Shown piece by piece: positions 10,079-19,258 of a stretch of 64,000 nt of DNA. This DNA comes from a virus, in IMG/VR virus record IMGVR_UViG_3300017824_001452; one strand, given 5' to 3'. The translations under genes were made by a program, and so were the position numbers. The notes under the pieces were generated by a model, which was given only the letters and a program-made list of their open reading frames with translations, ran no database searches and was not told where the DNA came from. The stretch's first letter is position 1. Each line of letters opens with the position of its first letter.

Positions 10079-11338
10079 ATGGACAAGTATAAAAAGACAG
10101 CAGGATTAAACTATTTGAGTGAAAACTCATATAAGGGAGACGGTTCTCCTGGCATGGTAATGGGTATTGCTAGTGATGCTCGTAGTGATACTAACACATA
10201 TGAAGGTAAAAAGCCTACGACTAACAGTAAACACAGTACTGAAAGAGAACTAAAGAAATATGATCCAGCACATGGTCATACAAAACCAGAAGGGGGAAAT
10301 CCCCAAGTATGTCCTAGTTGTAAGGGAGAAGGTTGTACATCATGCGGAAACACAGGAGAAGTCATCAGCAAAAAACGCAATGACCCTAAAGTCGATGAAT
10401 CATTAGAAGATATTAAAAGATTATCTGGACTAACAGAGTCTGGTTTTACAGGGGTTGAGGAAATTGATTTATTAAATGACCCAAATGGTGATCGCACACA
10501 GAAAGCAATATTAAGGCATCAATTAATGACAGATTATAATATTACTTTTTTACCTATACCTGGTGATATTGTTGATCATCCTGAGTTAGGCAAAGTAAAA
10601 GTTTTAAAAATTATAGGTCTTGATACTTATGGTGGTCCAGCAGAATATGAAATAGAGAATAGAAACGGTAAATCTTTTCCTATAACTTTTGATGAGTTGA
10701 CAGATATGATTGGCTTCGGAGAAATAAGTGATGTGCCACAATCAGAAATATCAGAAGATATTAAAAGATTATCTGGCTTATCAGAAGCATTTGCTTGGGA
10801 CGAGATTGACGAAGCAAAACGAAAGGCAAGACATGATGATGACGATGATGAAGAAGAAGATGAAAAGCCAGAAGATCCTGAAAAAGATAAAGTCCCGCAT
10901 ATTTTAATGCAACTAAGAAAAGCCCAAGACGTAGACGGCGATCACCCAATTAAGTTTTTAGACGGTTCAGAAGTTATTTTACCATTAAAAGATATCAATT
11001 TGTTTACAGAAATGTACATGAATGTCAAGCCACAAGACAGAGAAAGATTACAACAAGTGGCTATTATGAGTAAAGATAAGTTTGATAAACTATTGACGTT
11101 CTTCACACCGAAACACGGAAAATTAGAAAAGAGTATCTATGAAGATGAAGAAGCAGGAGATATGATTACAGAAGAACAGTTTGACGAAGCCGCAGGCAAA
11201 AAAGATGCTTGTTATCACAAAGTCAAAAGCAGATATAAAGTATGGCCTAGTGCATACGCATCTGGTGCTTTAGTTAAGTGTCGTAAAGTAGGTGCATCCA
11301 ATTGGGGCACTGGCGGAAAGAAAAAGAAGAAAAAATAA
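10079..11338 (+). CDS. Modular putative virion-internal protein (zinc finger, two EDIKRLSGL linkers, acidic tract, C-terminal KKDACYHKVKSRY module)
   Basis: Start reassigned to the ATG 5 nt after late box GATAAATA (10066-10073); motifs read directly from the translation. Confidence 0.75.
   Translation: MDKYKKTAGLNYLSENSYKGDGSPGMVMGIASDARSDTNTYEGKKPTTNSKHSTERELKKYDPAHGHTKPEGGNPQVCPSCKGEGCTSCGNTGEVISKKRNDPKVDESLEDIKRLSGLTESGFTGVEEIDLLNDPNGDRTQKAILRHQLMTDYNITFLPIPGDIVDHPELGKVKVLKIIGLDTYGGPAEYEIENRNGKSFPITFDELTDMIGFGEISDVPQSEISEDIKRLSGLSEAFAWDEIDEAKRKARHDDDDDEEEDEKPEDPEKDKVPHILMQLRKAQDVDGDHPIKFLDGSEVILPLKDINLFTEMYMNVKPQDRERLQQVAIMSKDKFDKLLTFFTPKHGKLEKSIYEDEEAGDMITEEQFDEAAGKKDACYHKVKSRYKVWPSAYASGALVKCRKVGASNWGTGGKKKKKK
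10405..10776 (+). repeat. 24-nt exact direct repeat AGAAGATATTAAAAGATTATCTGG (10405-10428 and 10753-10776) encoding EDIKRLSG
   Basis: Identical 24-mers flank a ~110-aa internal module; a diverged third copy lies near 4146. Confidence 0.85.
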
Positions 11339-11652
11339 TGCGTATTAATGAAATCTTAACTGAGTCAATTATCCAAGAAGATTTACGAGCCTGGTTCGGC
11401 AAAGGCAAAGACGGTGGTGCCGGAGGCGGTGGTTGGGATAGATACAATACCAAAGGCGAACGTGTAGGTAAATGCGGTGATGGTAAAGGCAAAGGCAAAC
11501 CTAAGTGTTTATCTAAAAGTAAAGCCGCAAGTCTACGTAACTCTGGTGGCAAGAAAGCAATTGGAAACGCAGTCAAAAGAAAGAAAAAGAATGACCCTAA
11601 TAAGAATCGCAGGGGTAAAGCAAAGAACGTAAGCAACAAGCCGAAGAAGTAA
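11338..11652 (+). CDS. Small Gly/Lys-rich basic protein with capsid-targeting-like N-terminus MRINEILTE
   Basis: TAATG overlap with upstream stop supports the start at 11338; EDLRAWF...KPKC pattern. Confidence 0.75.
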   Translation: MRINEILTESIIQEDLRAWFGKGKDGGAGGGGWDRYNTKGERVGKCGDGKGKGKPKCLSKSKAASLRNSGGKKAIGNAVKRKKKNDPNKNRRGKAKNVSNKPKK

Positions 11653-11653
11653 G

Positions 11654-11848
11654 ATGAGAGCATCTGAAGTTGTCAAGCCATATCATCTTTATGCCGCAAC
11701 TGTGTTTGTACAGCAACCGGGATACACAGGCAACATGGACTTCACTGTCTCTGCTCAAACACATTTTGAAGCAAGACAATTAATGAAAAAGATGTATAAT
11801 ATTCCTGACTATAGAATAGGAAGTTTACGTTTAGTTAAACGAGGTTAA
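11654..11848 (+). CDS. Small hypothetical protein (MRASEV N-terminus)
   Basis: Packed ORF directly after the previous gene. Confidence 0.65.
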   Translation: MRASEVVKPYHLYAATVFVQQPGYTGNMDFTVSAQTHFEARQLMKKMYNIPDYRIGSLRLVKRG

Positions 11849-12588
11849 GCAGGTTTACTGTAAACAAAATACTTTCTGTCATTAGCATCTTGTTTGAACG
11901 TCTCTAGTTCTAATCCAAACTCTTTAGCAAAGTTGTGAGCAACTTCAAAACTCCACTCAAATACTTCTACCCAAGGCCCGTTCTTATGTTGAATACCTGG
12001 ATTGACTCTAAAGAACATCTTACCACCTTTAGCAAGTAACTTATTACAGTTTGCTAATCTCACTCTAATATCTTCAATACTATTAAAGTTAATAGATCCT
12101 AATGCTATAATTGCATCAAAGTGTTCATCAACATTTGCATATTCTAAAACATCAACTTGATAGTCTGACATATTGTTATAAGGATCAATGCCGATCAAGT
12201 TTGGTATACGTTCTTTAAATTGATTGTATCCGCAACCTACATCTAATACTGCTTTAGGATTAAGTTTTTTAACTTCATCAACTAACTGCCAGCCTGTATA
12301 ACTATATATTTCTGTCTGTGGCTTCCAAATTTCACCGAAAAACATACTAGAGTATTTGATGTCTAGTTGATCAACAACAGATTCGATAGTGCCTTCCCAT
12401 CTAATTTTTGCATCTAAGTCCATTGTTGCTAAAATATCTTCTTTGAACTTATCAAACTTGACTGGAGTAATAGCCATTTCTTCAAACGTAGTTTTCTCAT
12501 TGAGATTAGTTCTGATGTGATCGTATTTAGGTAAGTTCAGTGCCTCATCTAAATTTTCCATAACCAAGTTAAAAATTTTGCTATTCAT
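11845..12588 (-). CDS. Class I SAM-dependent methyltransferase with N-terminal ACP-like domain
   Basis: VLDVGCG motif I, GIDPY, FDAIIALGS; AAGGA SD upstream. Confidence 0.8.
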   Translation of the reverse strand: MNSKIFNLVMENLDEALNLPKYDHIRTNLNEKTTFEEMAITPVKFDKFKEDILATMDLDAKIRWEGTIESVVDQLDIKYSSMFFGEIWKPQTEIYSYTGWQLVDEVKKLNPKAVLDVGCGYNQFKERIPNLIGIDPYNNMSDYQVDVLEYANVDEHFDAIIALGSINFNSIEDIRVRLANCNKLLAKGGKMFFRVNPGIQHKNGPWVEVFEWSFEVAHNFAKEFGLELETFKQDANDRKYFVYSKPA

Positions 12589-12616
12589 CGAATTTTTTTG
12601 TCCTTACTGTAAATTG

Positions 12617-12632
12617 TATAAATATATTTATA
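12617..12632. promoter_or_regulatory. Perfect palindrome TATAAATATATTTATA = two opposed T4-type late promoters
   Basis: TATAAATA on both strands between divergent genes. Confidence 0.65.
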
Positions 12633-12722
12633 ATTTTTATGAAGTGCGTATATTTTTCTCAATCCCAGAGATAAATACTAGTAGTGATTATTTTAATTAC
12701 TACAACCCTTAAGGAGAATAAT

Positions 12723-13421
12723 ATGAAATCAAACAAAGAATTTGTTGCTAGTATTGTCGAAGGCAATCAAGCATTATTCAAAGCAAGTCAACTTAACGTT
12801 GCAGAGTATTTCGACAACATGCCTGACGAGGATGCGTTGGTAGAACACTTTGTTGGACGTATGGTTAACGAAAGAATGAACATGGTAGAGATTAGTAATA
12901 ATATTGCATCTATGCCTGCTGATGCAGATCCTGTTGAACTTCAAAACTTAACTAAACAAGCAAACGATGAAGCAATTCATTTTCGTTTAGTAAAAGAAGT
13001 TATTGAACATATCAAAGGTGAAGAGATTGATGTTGCAGAAGCAATCGCCGCTGAAGAAGCAAAGCCTACTGCTAAAGGTGCAAGCCTTTTAGAAAAGTAT
13101 GGTGCTGATTCTGATCCAGCCGCTCTTGCCGCATATCAATTAGTTGCAGAAGGTCGTGCAGAAGCCGTTTGGAACACAATGGCAGAAGTAATCGATGATG
13201 AGTTTATCTCAACTCGTTATGCTAAAATTGCTAAAGACGAAGGTTTCCACAGCACAATCGGCGCAATGAAGTTAGAAACTTTAGTCGGTGATGCTGAAAC
13301 TCAAGCACGTATCGAAGAACTTGTTTCAAACATGCGTAAAGACTTGTATGAAATTTCATGCAAAAACACTAGCCATAATGCAGAAGGACAAAAATTAGTA
13401 TCAGAAGCATACGGTTGGTAA
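12723..13421 (+). CDS. Ferritin-like diiron-carboxylate protein
   Basis: E...DEAIH and E...DEGFH ligand pairs; start set by AGGAG SD; late box GATAAATA at 12670. Confidence 0.8.
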   Translation: MKSNKEFVASIVEGNQALFKASQLNVAEYFDNMPDEDALVEHFVGRMVNERMNMVEISNNIASMPADADPVELQNLTKQANDEAIHFRLVKEVIEHIKGEEIDVAEAIAAEEAKPTAKGASLLEKYGADSDPAALAAYQLVAEGRAEAVWNTMAEVIDDEFISTRYAKIAKDEGFHSTIGAMKLETLVGDAETQARIEELVSNMRKDLYEISCKNTSHNAEGQKLVSEAYGW

Positions 13422-13434
13422 GCAGAAGTATGTA

Positions 13435-13986
13435 GTGAATATCGGTCTATCACAGAGGATATTACATTATAACAACGTGGCGTATGATTGCTTAGAACAC
13501 GGTTGGTACAGCCTGTTAAGTGATCATACGTTTTTTTATATCCCTAACATAATAGAACAAGACTATAAAAAATTAGTTAGAGATTTAGACTTAGTAATCT
13601 TAACAGGTGGAGACGCAAGTCCTCAAAGAATACTAGTCGAAACAAAAGTATTAACGCAATGTTATATACAAGACAAACCTGTATTAGGAGTTTGTCACGG
13701 TGCATTTCTTATTAACGAATTAGAGCAAGGAGTTAATAGCACAATAGAAAATCATTACGATACTACTCACGGGATTATTTTAGAAGGTGAGAAGTACGAA
13801 GTAAATAGTTTTCACATGAATCAGTTAAAGGAAGTTGGCGCAGATTTAAATGCTATTGCACACGCCGATGATGGAAGTATTGAAGCATTTAGACACAAAA
13901 ACAGAAAACTTTGGGGACTAGTTTGGCATCCTGAAAGAATGCAAGATCCTGTTTTACCTGACGACCTTAGGAGTTTTATACTATGA
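13435..13986 (+). CDS. Class I glutamine amidotransferase/peptidase C26 (gamma-glutamyl hydrolase, Cj1417-like)
   Basis: ILTGG, LGVCHG nucleophile elbow, VNSFH, WHPE; N-terminal IGLSQR. Confidence 0.85.
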   Translation: MNIGLSQRILHYNNVAYDCLEHGWYSLLSDHTFFYIPNIIEQDYKKLVRDLDLVILTGGDASPQRILVETKVLTQCYIQDKPVLGVCHGAFLINELEQGVNSTIENHYDTTHGIILEGEKYEVNSFHMNQLKEVGADLNAIAHADDGSIEAFRHKNRKLWGLVWHPERMQDPVLPDDLRSFIL

Positions 13987-14759
13987 GAGTATTAATATTT
14001 GGTCTACCCGGAAGTGGTAAGACATATCTAGCAAAACGACTAGTTGAATACTTAGGTGACAATGTTGCCTGGTTTAATGCTGATCAGGTTCGCAGTGATG
14101 TAAATGACTGGGACTTTTCAGAAGAAGGTAGATTAAGACAAAAACAAAGAATAGATAATCTTTGTAAAGAAGCCGAAGACAATGGTAAAATTGCAATCGC
14201 AGATTTTATTTGTCCTTTTAAAAAAGCAAGAAAAGAATTTAGTGCTGATTATGAAATCTTTGTCGATACAATTGAAGAAGGTATATTTGAAGACACAAAT
14301 CAAATATTTGAAAGACCAATTGCTACAGACTATAATATACATGAAAAACGAGGTGATATAGATGCAAAAATTATTGCATATGAAATAGGACAAAGATTTA
14401 TATGGGATAATACAGCACCTACAACTCAAATGTTAGGTAGATGGCAACCATGGCATGGAGGACATCAAGCATTATTTGATAGAGCAATAGCAAAACACGG
14501 ACAAGTTTTTTTAATGGTCAGAGATATGCCCATAGATATTAATAATCCTTTTCCGGCGTATGAAGTAGTAGAAAATTTACAACAAGTTTTATACAAACAT
14601 GCAGGAAAAGTAAAAATACAAGTTGTGCCTAACTTATTAAACATCACATATGGTAGAGATGTAGGATACAAAATCGAACAAGAAACGTTTGAACGTGAAG
14701 TACATGATATAAGTGCAACTAGAATACGTGAACAAATGAGACAAGACGGAGTATTATAA
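13983..14759 (+). CDS. CysC/adenylylsulfate kinase-like domain fused to HxGH cytidylyltransferase
   Basis: GLPGSGKT P-loop, NADQVR, ADFICP; GRWQPWHGGH and ISATRIR. Confidence 0.85.
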   Translation: MRVLIFGLPGSGKTYLAKRLVEYLGDNVAWFNADQVRSDVNDWDFSEEGRLRQKQRIDNLCKEAEDNGKIAIADFICPFKKARKEFSADYEIFVDTIEEGIFEDTNQIFERPIATDYNIHEKRGDIDAKIIAYEIGQRFIWDNTAPTTQMLGRWQPWHGGHQALFDRAIAKHGQVFLMVRDMPIDINNPFPAYEVVENLQQVLYKHAGKVKIQVVPNLLNITYGRDVGYKIEQETFEREVHDISATRIREQMRQDGVL

Positions 14760-15430
14760 TGAAAGGAATGGTAAACGTTTTTGGAACGTTAGACATAAAA
14801 GATCGTTACAACATGACGATTATCAAATTAGAAGCCAATGAACTTAAGACTTATAAACCAATTGGTATGGCGTATGTTATGTTAAGAAATGCTAGTTTTG
14901 AAAGCAATAACATTACATTAACAAATAAAAATGCATGTGTCAATACAGGAGATAATTTTACAATATCTTGCGGAGAACAAGGCTCTGCATGTATCGTTGA
15001 GTTTCCAGGACTTAGTTTATTAGAAAGTCGCATTTTTATACAAGAATGTTTAGACATAGGTAACTTAAGTTATATGGACGGCGGCACAAATACTACAGCA
15101 ATCAATCCAGGTAGATTAGGTGACCCTGTTATTAACTATGTGCATTTTCCTGCAGGTATGTATCAGACATTACACACGCACCCTTCTCACAGAGTTGGAC
15201 TAGTCATCAAAGGCAATGGCAAGATAGAATTAGACAACAAAGAATTTTATGATGTCAACGAAGGCGAAGTATTTTTCATGCGTAGAAATTGTTTACATAA
15301 CTTTATCTGTGACAAAGACGAAGATGTAATCGTGTTTGTATGGGCGCCAGACAGTGGTACAGGCCCTACAGATGAAATTAACCCATTAAAAATTAGAACA
15401 TATGTTGGACAGCAAAGATATCACAAGTAA
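14759..15430 (+). CDS. Cupin-domain protein
   Basis: QTLHTHPSHR...G.G...GEVF...LHNF cupin metal motif. Confidence 0.75.
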   Translation: MKGMVNVFGTLDIKDRYNMTIIKLEANELKTYKPIGMAYVMLRNASFESNNITLTNKNACVNTGDNFTISCGEQGSACIVEFPGLSLLESRIFIQECLDIGNLSYMDGGTNTTAINPGRLGDPVINYVHFPAGMYQTLHTHPSHRVGLVIKGNGKIELDNKEFYDVNEGEVFFMRRNCLHNFICDKDEDVIVFVWAPDSGTGPTDEINPLKIRTYVGQQRYHK

Positions 15431-16067
15431 AAAAATCTTAATCATTACAGGTCCACAAGGGTCTGGTAATCATTTATTCAGTAGACTGTTTAGTTTACAT
15501 GATGACGTAGGCGGCTGGGAAGAATTAAATGAAAAGTATTGGGTACCCAGTGATGAAGAAACATTTGCTGAGTATTGGGTTTATCCTGAACGTCTAAAAG
15601 ATTTTGATTTTAGTAAACATAATTACTGGGTAGCAAACGTCAGTTGTCCATTCATGTACGATGGCACACGTTATACACCTAAAATAAAAGAGTTTGCAGA
15701 CGAATGTATTAAACTAGGCATTGATGTTACAATAGGTATAATCGTAAGAGATAAAAACATAAACGTAGAACAACAGAAAAGAGTTAGAAAAGAAGTAACT
15801 CTGCCGATAGCACTTAACTATTACTATACAAATCTATTAGATTATAATGTGCATTTCTTAGACCATGAAGCATTCTTTTTACATAAGGCTTATTATCTAA
15901 GATATGTAAGTAAAATTTTAGACTTTCCAGTTGCATATGATAATCCAGATATAATGAAATTTATTTGGGAAGATGCAAATCATAAGTATGTCAAATATGT
16001 AGACGAACATTGGCTTGACAAAGAGGTGTGGGACGGTATTAGAACTAAGGAAGAAAGAAACGTATGA
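15402..16067 (+). CDS. P-loop/sulfotransferase-like protein
   Basis: IITGPQGSGNHL N-terminal motif; IIVRD. Confidence 0.55.
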   Translation: MLDSKDITSKKILIITGPQGSGNHLFSRLFSLHDDVGGWEELNEKYWVPSDEETFAEYWVYPERLKDFDFSKHNYWVANVSCPFMYDGTRYTPKIKEFADECIKLGIDVTIGIIVRDKNINVEQQKRVRKEVTLPIALNYYYTNLLDYNVHFLDHEAFFLHKAYYLRYVSKILDFPVAYDNPDIMKFIWEDANHKYVKYVDEHWLDKEVWDGIRTKEERNV

Positions 16068-16684
16068 AATATATTTTTGTAGCAGGGGCACCCGGATCTA
16101 AATGGAGTAGTGTATGTAAAAACATCTACTACAGTGATTCTATAGATCAAAGTGATGCTAGTGAAGACAGAGAGTATTGGCATGATGCTAGTGGGCAACT
16201 AGACTTAATGCATATTGGTGCATACTTTGATCCAGGCATGGAGTTCGGAGATTTCTTTTTGTTTCTTAACAAGTATACAAAAGAAGAATGTGAAGCAGAG
16301 TTTGATAGACCTTTTTCAGGCGAAGGTGTGCGTATTATTAAGAGTCATGTGTTCGCACATCACATAGACTTTCTAAAAGATAACTGGCCAGACTGCCCTA
16401 TTGTTTTAGTTCACAGAGATAATGATGCATGTTTGGGTTGGTGGGTAAGATGTGGACACTTTGATATTACATACCCTCTCTATCATAAATATTATGTGAA
16501 TTTAAGAGAAATGAGTAAGATTGTAGACGATCAAAACAGAGATATCGTCAATGCATGGAAAAGATATGGTGGCATTAGCCCGAAAGATAATTTAGATTTA
16601 GCAGATATATTAAAAATCAATAGGCCACCAGAAGAATATCAGCAAGACTACAATCTAAAAGATATTGGAATAAAAGTAATATGA
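16064..16684 (+). CDS. P-loop/sulfotransferase-like protein
   Basis: FVAGAPGSKWS, IIKSH and IVLVHRD pattern typical of the sulfotransferase fold. Confidence 0.55.
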   Translation: MKYIFVAGAPGSKWSSVCKNIYYSDSIDQSDASEDREYWHDASGQLDLMHIGAYFDPGMEFGDFFLFLNKYTKEECEAEFDRPFSGEGVRIIKSHVFAHHIDFLKDNWPDCPIVLVHRDNDACLGWWVRCGHFDITYPLYHKYYVNLREMSKIVDDQNRDIVNAWKRYGGISPKDNLDLADILKINRPPEEYQQDYNLKDIGIKVI

Positions 16685-17352
16685 CACAAAGCAGTTGGGA
16701 ACAATTAAAACAAAGAAGCAATTATCACTTTGACCCTGATTTGATGCATCCTCTCTATGATACAGTCGATAGAGTAGGCGTAATTGATTTGAGTAGCATC
16801 ACACAAGAAGAATTAGACAAAGTTGTAGCAGAGTCTAAAGAAGCAACATGGCGTACGAGAGGCAACCCTAAAAAAGAATCTAAAGTCAGAGGAGAAGATG
16901 AATTTAAGACTGAAGACTATGACTTAGAAAAGACAGGTTATGGTATTGACTATGTTGTCAGTAATCTTAACTGGGAAGTGCCACCAAACATACAAGCAAT
17001 TGCAGATCAGTTTGGTTTAGATGATATGATGACTAGAATTCATGTACAGAATCCAGGTCAAGTATGGAACTTGCACATGGACAAATTAGAAAAATGGAAC
17101 TTTGAAGACCCAAGTACTGTAGAAAGATACATGATTCAATTATCTGATTGGAGACCCGGTCAATGGTTTAGTTATGGTAACTATACTTTTGAGCATTGGA
17201 AAGCAGGAGATGTGACTACATTTAGATGGCAAGATGTTCCTCACTCAACTGCAAACGCAGGTCATCACCCTCGTATTACTTTACAAGTTACTGGAGTTCG
17301 TACTGATAAATCTAAAGAGTTTATACGATTGTTACGAAAAGGAGAGTTATAA
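16681..17352 (+). CDS. 2OG-Fe(II) oxygenase (AspH-like)
   Basis: PGQVWNLHMD (HxD), HSTANAG (distal H), RITLQVTG. Confidence 0.75.
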   Translation: MTQSSWEQLKQRSNYHFDPDLMHPLYDTVDRVGVIDLSSITQEELDKVVAESKEATWRTRGNPKKESKVRGEDEFKTEDYDLEKTGYGIDYVVSNLNWEVPPNIQAIADQFGLDDMMTRIHVQNPGQVWNLHMDKLEKWNFEDPSTVERYMIQLSDWRPGQWFSYGNYTFEHWKAGDVTTFRWQDVPHSTANAGHHPRITLQVTGVRTDKSKEFIRLLRKGEL

Positions 17353-17613
17353 CTCTCTTTTGTTGACATCCTTGCAGATTTCTTTTGCAAGATCACTACC
17401 AGTTGTCACAAACAAAAACGGAAAGAACGCATGTATGATAACAGCAAGGCCTGTTAATAGCATACTTACACCATAGTACAATGCACAACTTAAATGTTCC
17501 GTGTATGTTTCACCCAAAGAGTGTGGATGTTCTGTAAATTTGTTTCGGAGTTTATTGAAAAACGTGATTGTTTTGCTCTCCGTATATTTTAATATACTTG
17601 CCGGCAATTTCAT
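17347..17613 (-). CDS. Small membrane protein, DUF6356-like (start uncertain)
   Basis: FTEHP..GETY.EH...HAFFPFLF..TGS signature. Confidence 0.6.
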   Translation of the reverse strand: MKLPASILKYTESKTITFFNKLRNKFTEHPHSLGETYTEHLSCALYYGVSMLLTGLAVIIHAFFPFLFVTTGSDLAKEICKDVNKREL

Positions 17614-18091
17614 CTGCTTCTGATTCTATAGGAGACCCTGGATAACTTGAATTGGGTGTGATTAAACCTTTTTCTCCTTGTCTGATATGAACAAGTTCAT
17701 GGAATACTGTTCTAAGAATATCAATTAGATTTCTGTTGCCATAGACCCAAATCTCGTCAGAACCAAGTTCGTGTCTACCCGTATGATGACCGTCTTGTGC
17801 CTCTTGTGTATCATAACTTAACTTGACTTTAGGCATATTTTCAATTTTTAAAACATTACCCATCCAATGTGCGGCTTTTGTTACTTCATCCTCAATGTTT
17901 AAACCATCATCAAACATTTGATCAGAAGCAGTTAATTCTTGTCTTGCTTTGTGTGCTTGTTTGGCAGCCTGCTTGGCATTACGATAAATTTTACCTTTTT
18001 CGTCTACGTTATATTGATCACTCTTAATCTTGGGAAGTCTGTTTTCCAAGTCTTTAAGCGGATCTTCATTGATAAATTGATAGGCTCTCAT
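17552..18091 (-). CDS. Zincin-like metallopeptidase with capsid-targeting-like N-terminus MRAYQFINE
   Basis: FHELVH (HExxH) plus downstream E.EA; start reassigned to the ATG 5 nt after GATAAATA. Confidence 0.7.
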   Translation of the reverse strand: MRAYQFINEDPLKDLENRLPKIKSDQYNVDEKGKIYRNAKQAAKQAHKARQELTASDQMFDDGLNIEDEVTKAAHWMGNVLKIENMPKVKLSYDTQEAQDGHHTGRHELGSDEIWVYGNRNLIDILRTVFHELVHIRQGEKGLITPNSSYPGSPIESEADEIAGKYIKIYGEQNNHVFQ

Positions 18092-18096
18092 ACTAT

Positions 18097-18104
18097 TATT
18101 TATC
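18097..18104 (-). promoter_or_regulatory. Late promoter GATAAATA (leaderless geometry)
   Basis: 5 nt upstream of ATG at 18091; no SD. Confidence 0.6.
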
Positions 18105-18131
18105 AATAATTGCTTTTGGGAAATGTTTTGC

Positions 18132-18160
18132 TTGACTCTAACCGTATTAAATATTACAAT
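18132..18160 (+). promoter_or_regulatory. sigma70-type early promoter
   Basis: TTGACT-N17-TACAAT, 7 nt before ATG 18168. Confidence 0.65.
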
Positions 18161-18167
18161 AGAACAC

Positions 18168-18389
18168 ATGATATTACCTGAAGTTGAAAAAGCACTACAT
18201 ATCATTTGGGAACTAGAGTATGAAATGTTGAATGAAAGAAACTGTGGTTACACGGGTTCAGACATGAAAAAGAAACTCTGGCAGATCAAAATGAGAGTAG
18301 ACAAAGCAATTGCAAAGGCCCCGGTCTATCATGGTGACCCAAACTACGAACAAGAATATCTTGTAGCAAAAATTAAAGGCGAAGTATGA
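18168..18389 (+). CDS. Hypothetical protein, paralog of 33089..33325
   Basis: Shared EM...N.GY....K..L...K...DK.IA.AP...G pattern. Confidence 0.7.
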   Translation: MILPEVEKALHIIWELEYEMLNERNCGYTGSDMKKKLWQIKMRVDKAIAKAPVYHGDPNYEQEYLVAKIKGEV

Positions 18390-19186
18390 AGTTAGGTATA
18401 ATCGGTAAAGGGTTTGTTGGCTCCGCAGTCAGCAATGGTTTTACTAATGATACAGAACAATTTATCGTTGACCCAGCAATTAATTCTCACACAATCAAAG
18501 ATTTAGTAGAATGGAATCCAGACATGATATTTGTCTGTGTGCCTACTCCACAACAAGAATCACATTTAGACGTAGATACTCACATAGTACGTGAAGTATT
18601 ACTTAACATTGGACTTACAGACTATGCAAACGTTGTAGTAGTTAAATCTACTATTACTCCTAATCATCTAACGCAGTTTAAGAAACTTTTTAGTGGATTA
18701 CGACTTGTATATAATCCTGAGTTCTTAACTGAAGCAAACAGTTTAGAAGACTTTATCAATCCAAATATGCAAATACTAGGTGGAGAGTTACAAGACTGCA
18801 TCGAAGTAGAACAAGCATACATTCATCATAGTCAAGTCAAAATCGTACCCACATTCAAAACAGACTTCACAACAGCAAGTCTAATCAAATACACAATTAA
18901 CAGTTGGTTAGCAACGAAAGTATCATTCTTTAATGAATTATTTCATTTGCACCAATCAAGCAATGCAGAGACTACATGGGAGCAGTTTACTGACATGGTA
19001 AAACGTGACCCAAGAATAGGAGACAGTCATATGCAAGTCCCTGGACCAGATGGTAAGTTTGGTTTTGGTGGACACTGTTTTCCGAAAGATACAAAAGCAT
19101 TGTTATATTATTCTAAACTAGAGGGGGCGCCGCTCACTCTATTAGAAAATGTCATCCAACAAAACGATGACGACAGAAACGGGTAA
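18386..19186 (+). CDS. ugd: UDP-glucose/GDP-mannose 6-dehydrogenase family (short form lacking C-terminal domain)
   Basis: GKGFVG, CVPTP, VKSTI, YNPEFL, GFGGHCFPKD. Confidence 0.88.
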   Translation: MKLGIIGKGFVGSAVSNGFTNDTEQFIVDPAINSHTIKDLVEWNPDMIFVCVPTPQQESHLDVDTHIVREVLLNIGLTDYANVVVVKSTITPNHLTQFKKLFSGLRLVYNPEFLTEANSLEDFINPNMQILGGELQDCIEVEQAYIHHSQVKIVPTFKTDFTTASLIKYTINSWLATKVSFFNELFHLHQSSNAETTWEQFTDMVKRDPRIGDSHMQVPGPDGKFGFGGHCFPKDTKALLYYSKLEGAPLTLLENVIQQNDDDRNG

Positions 19187-19223
19187 ATATACCCTTGACA
19201 ACATACAGACTATTCTGTATACT
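19181..19223 (+). promoter_or_regulatory. GGGTA-N4-TACCC inverted repeat abutting sigma70 promoter
   Basis: GGGTAAATATACCC followed by TTGACA-N17-TATACT. Confidence 0.7.
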
Positions 19224-19258
19224 ATATGCATAGATTTACATAATCATAGGAGATAATA

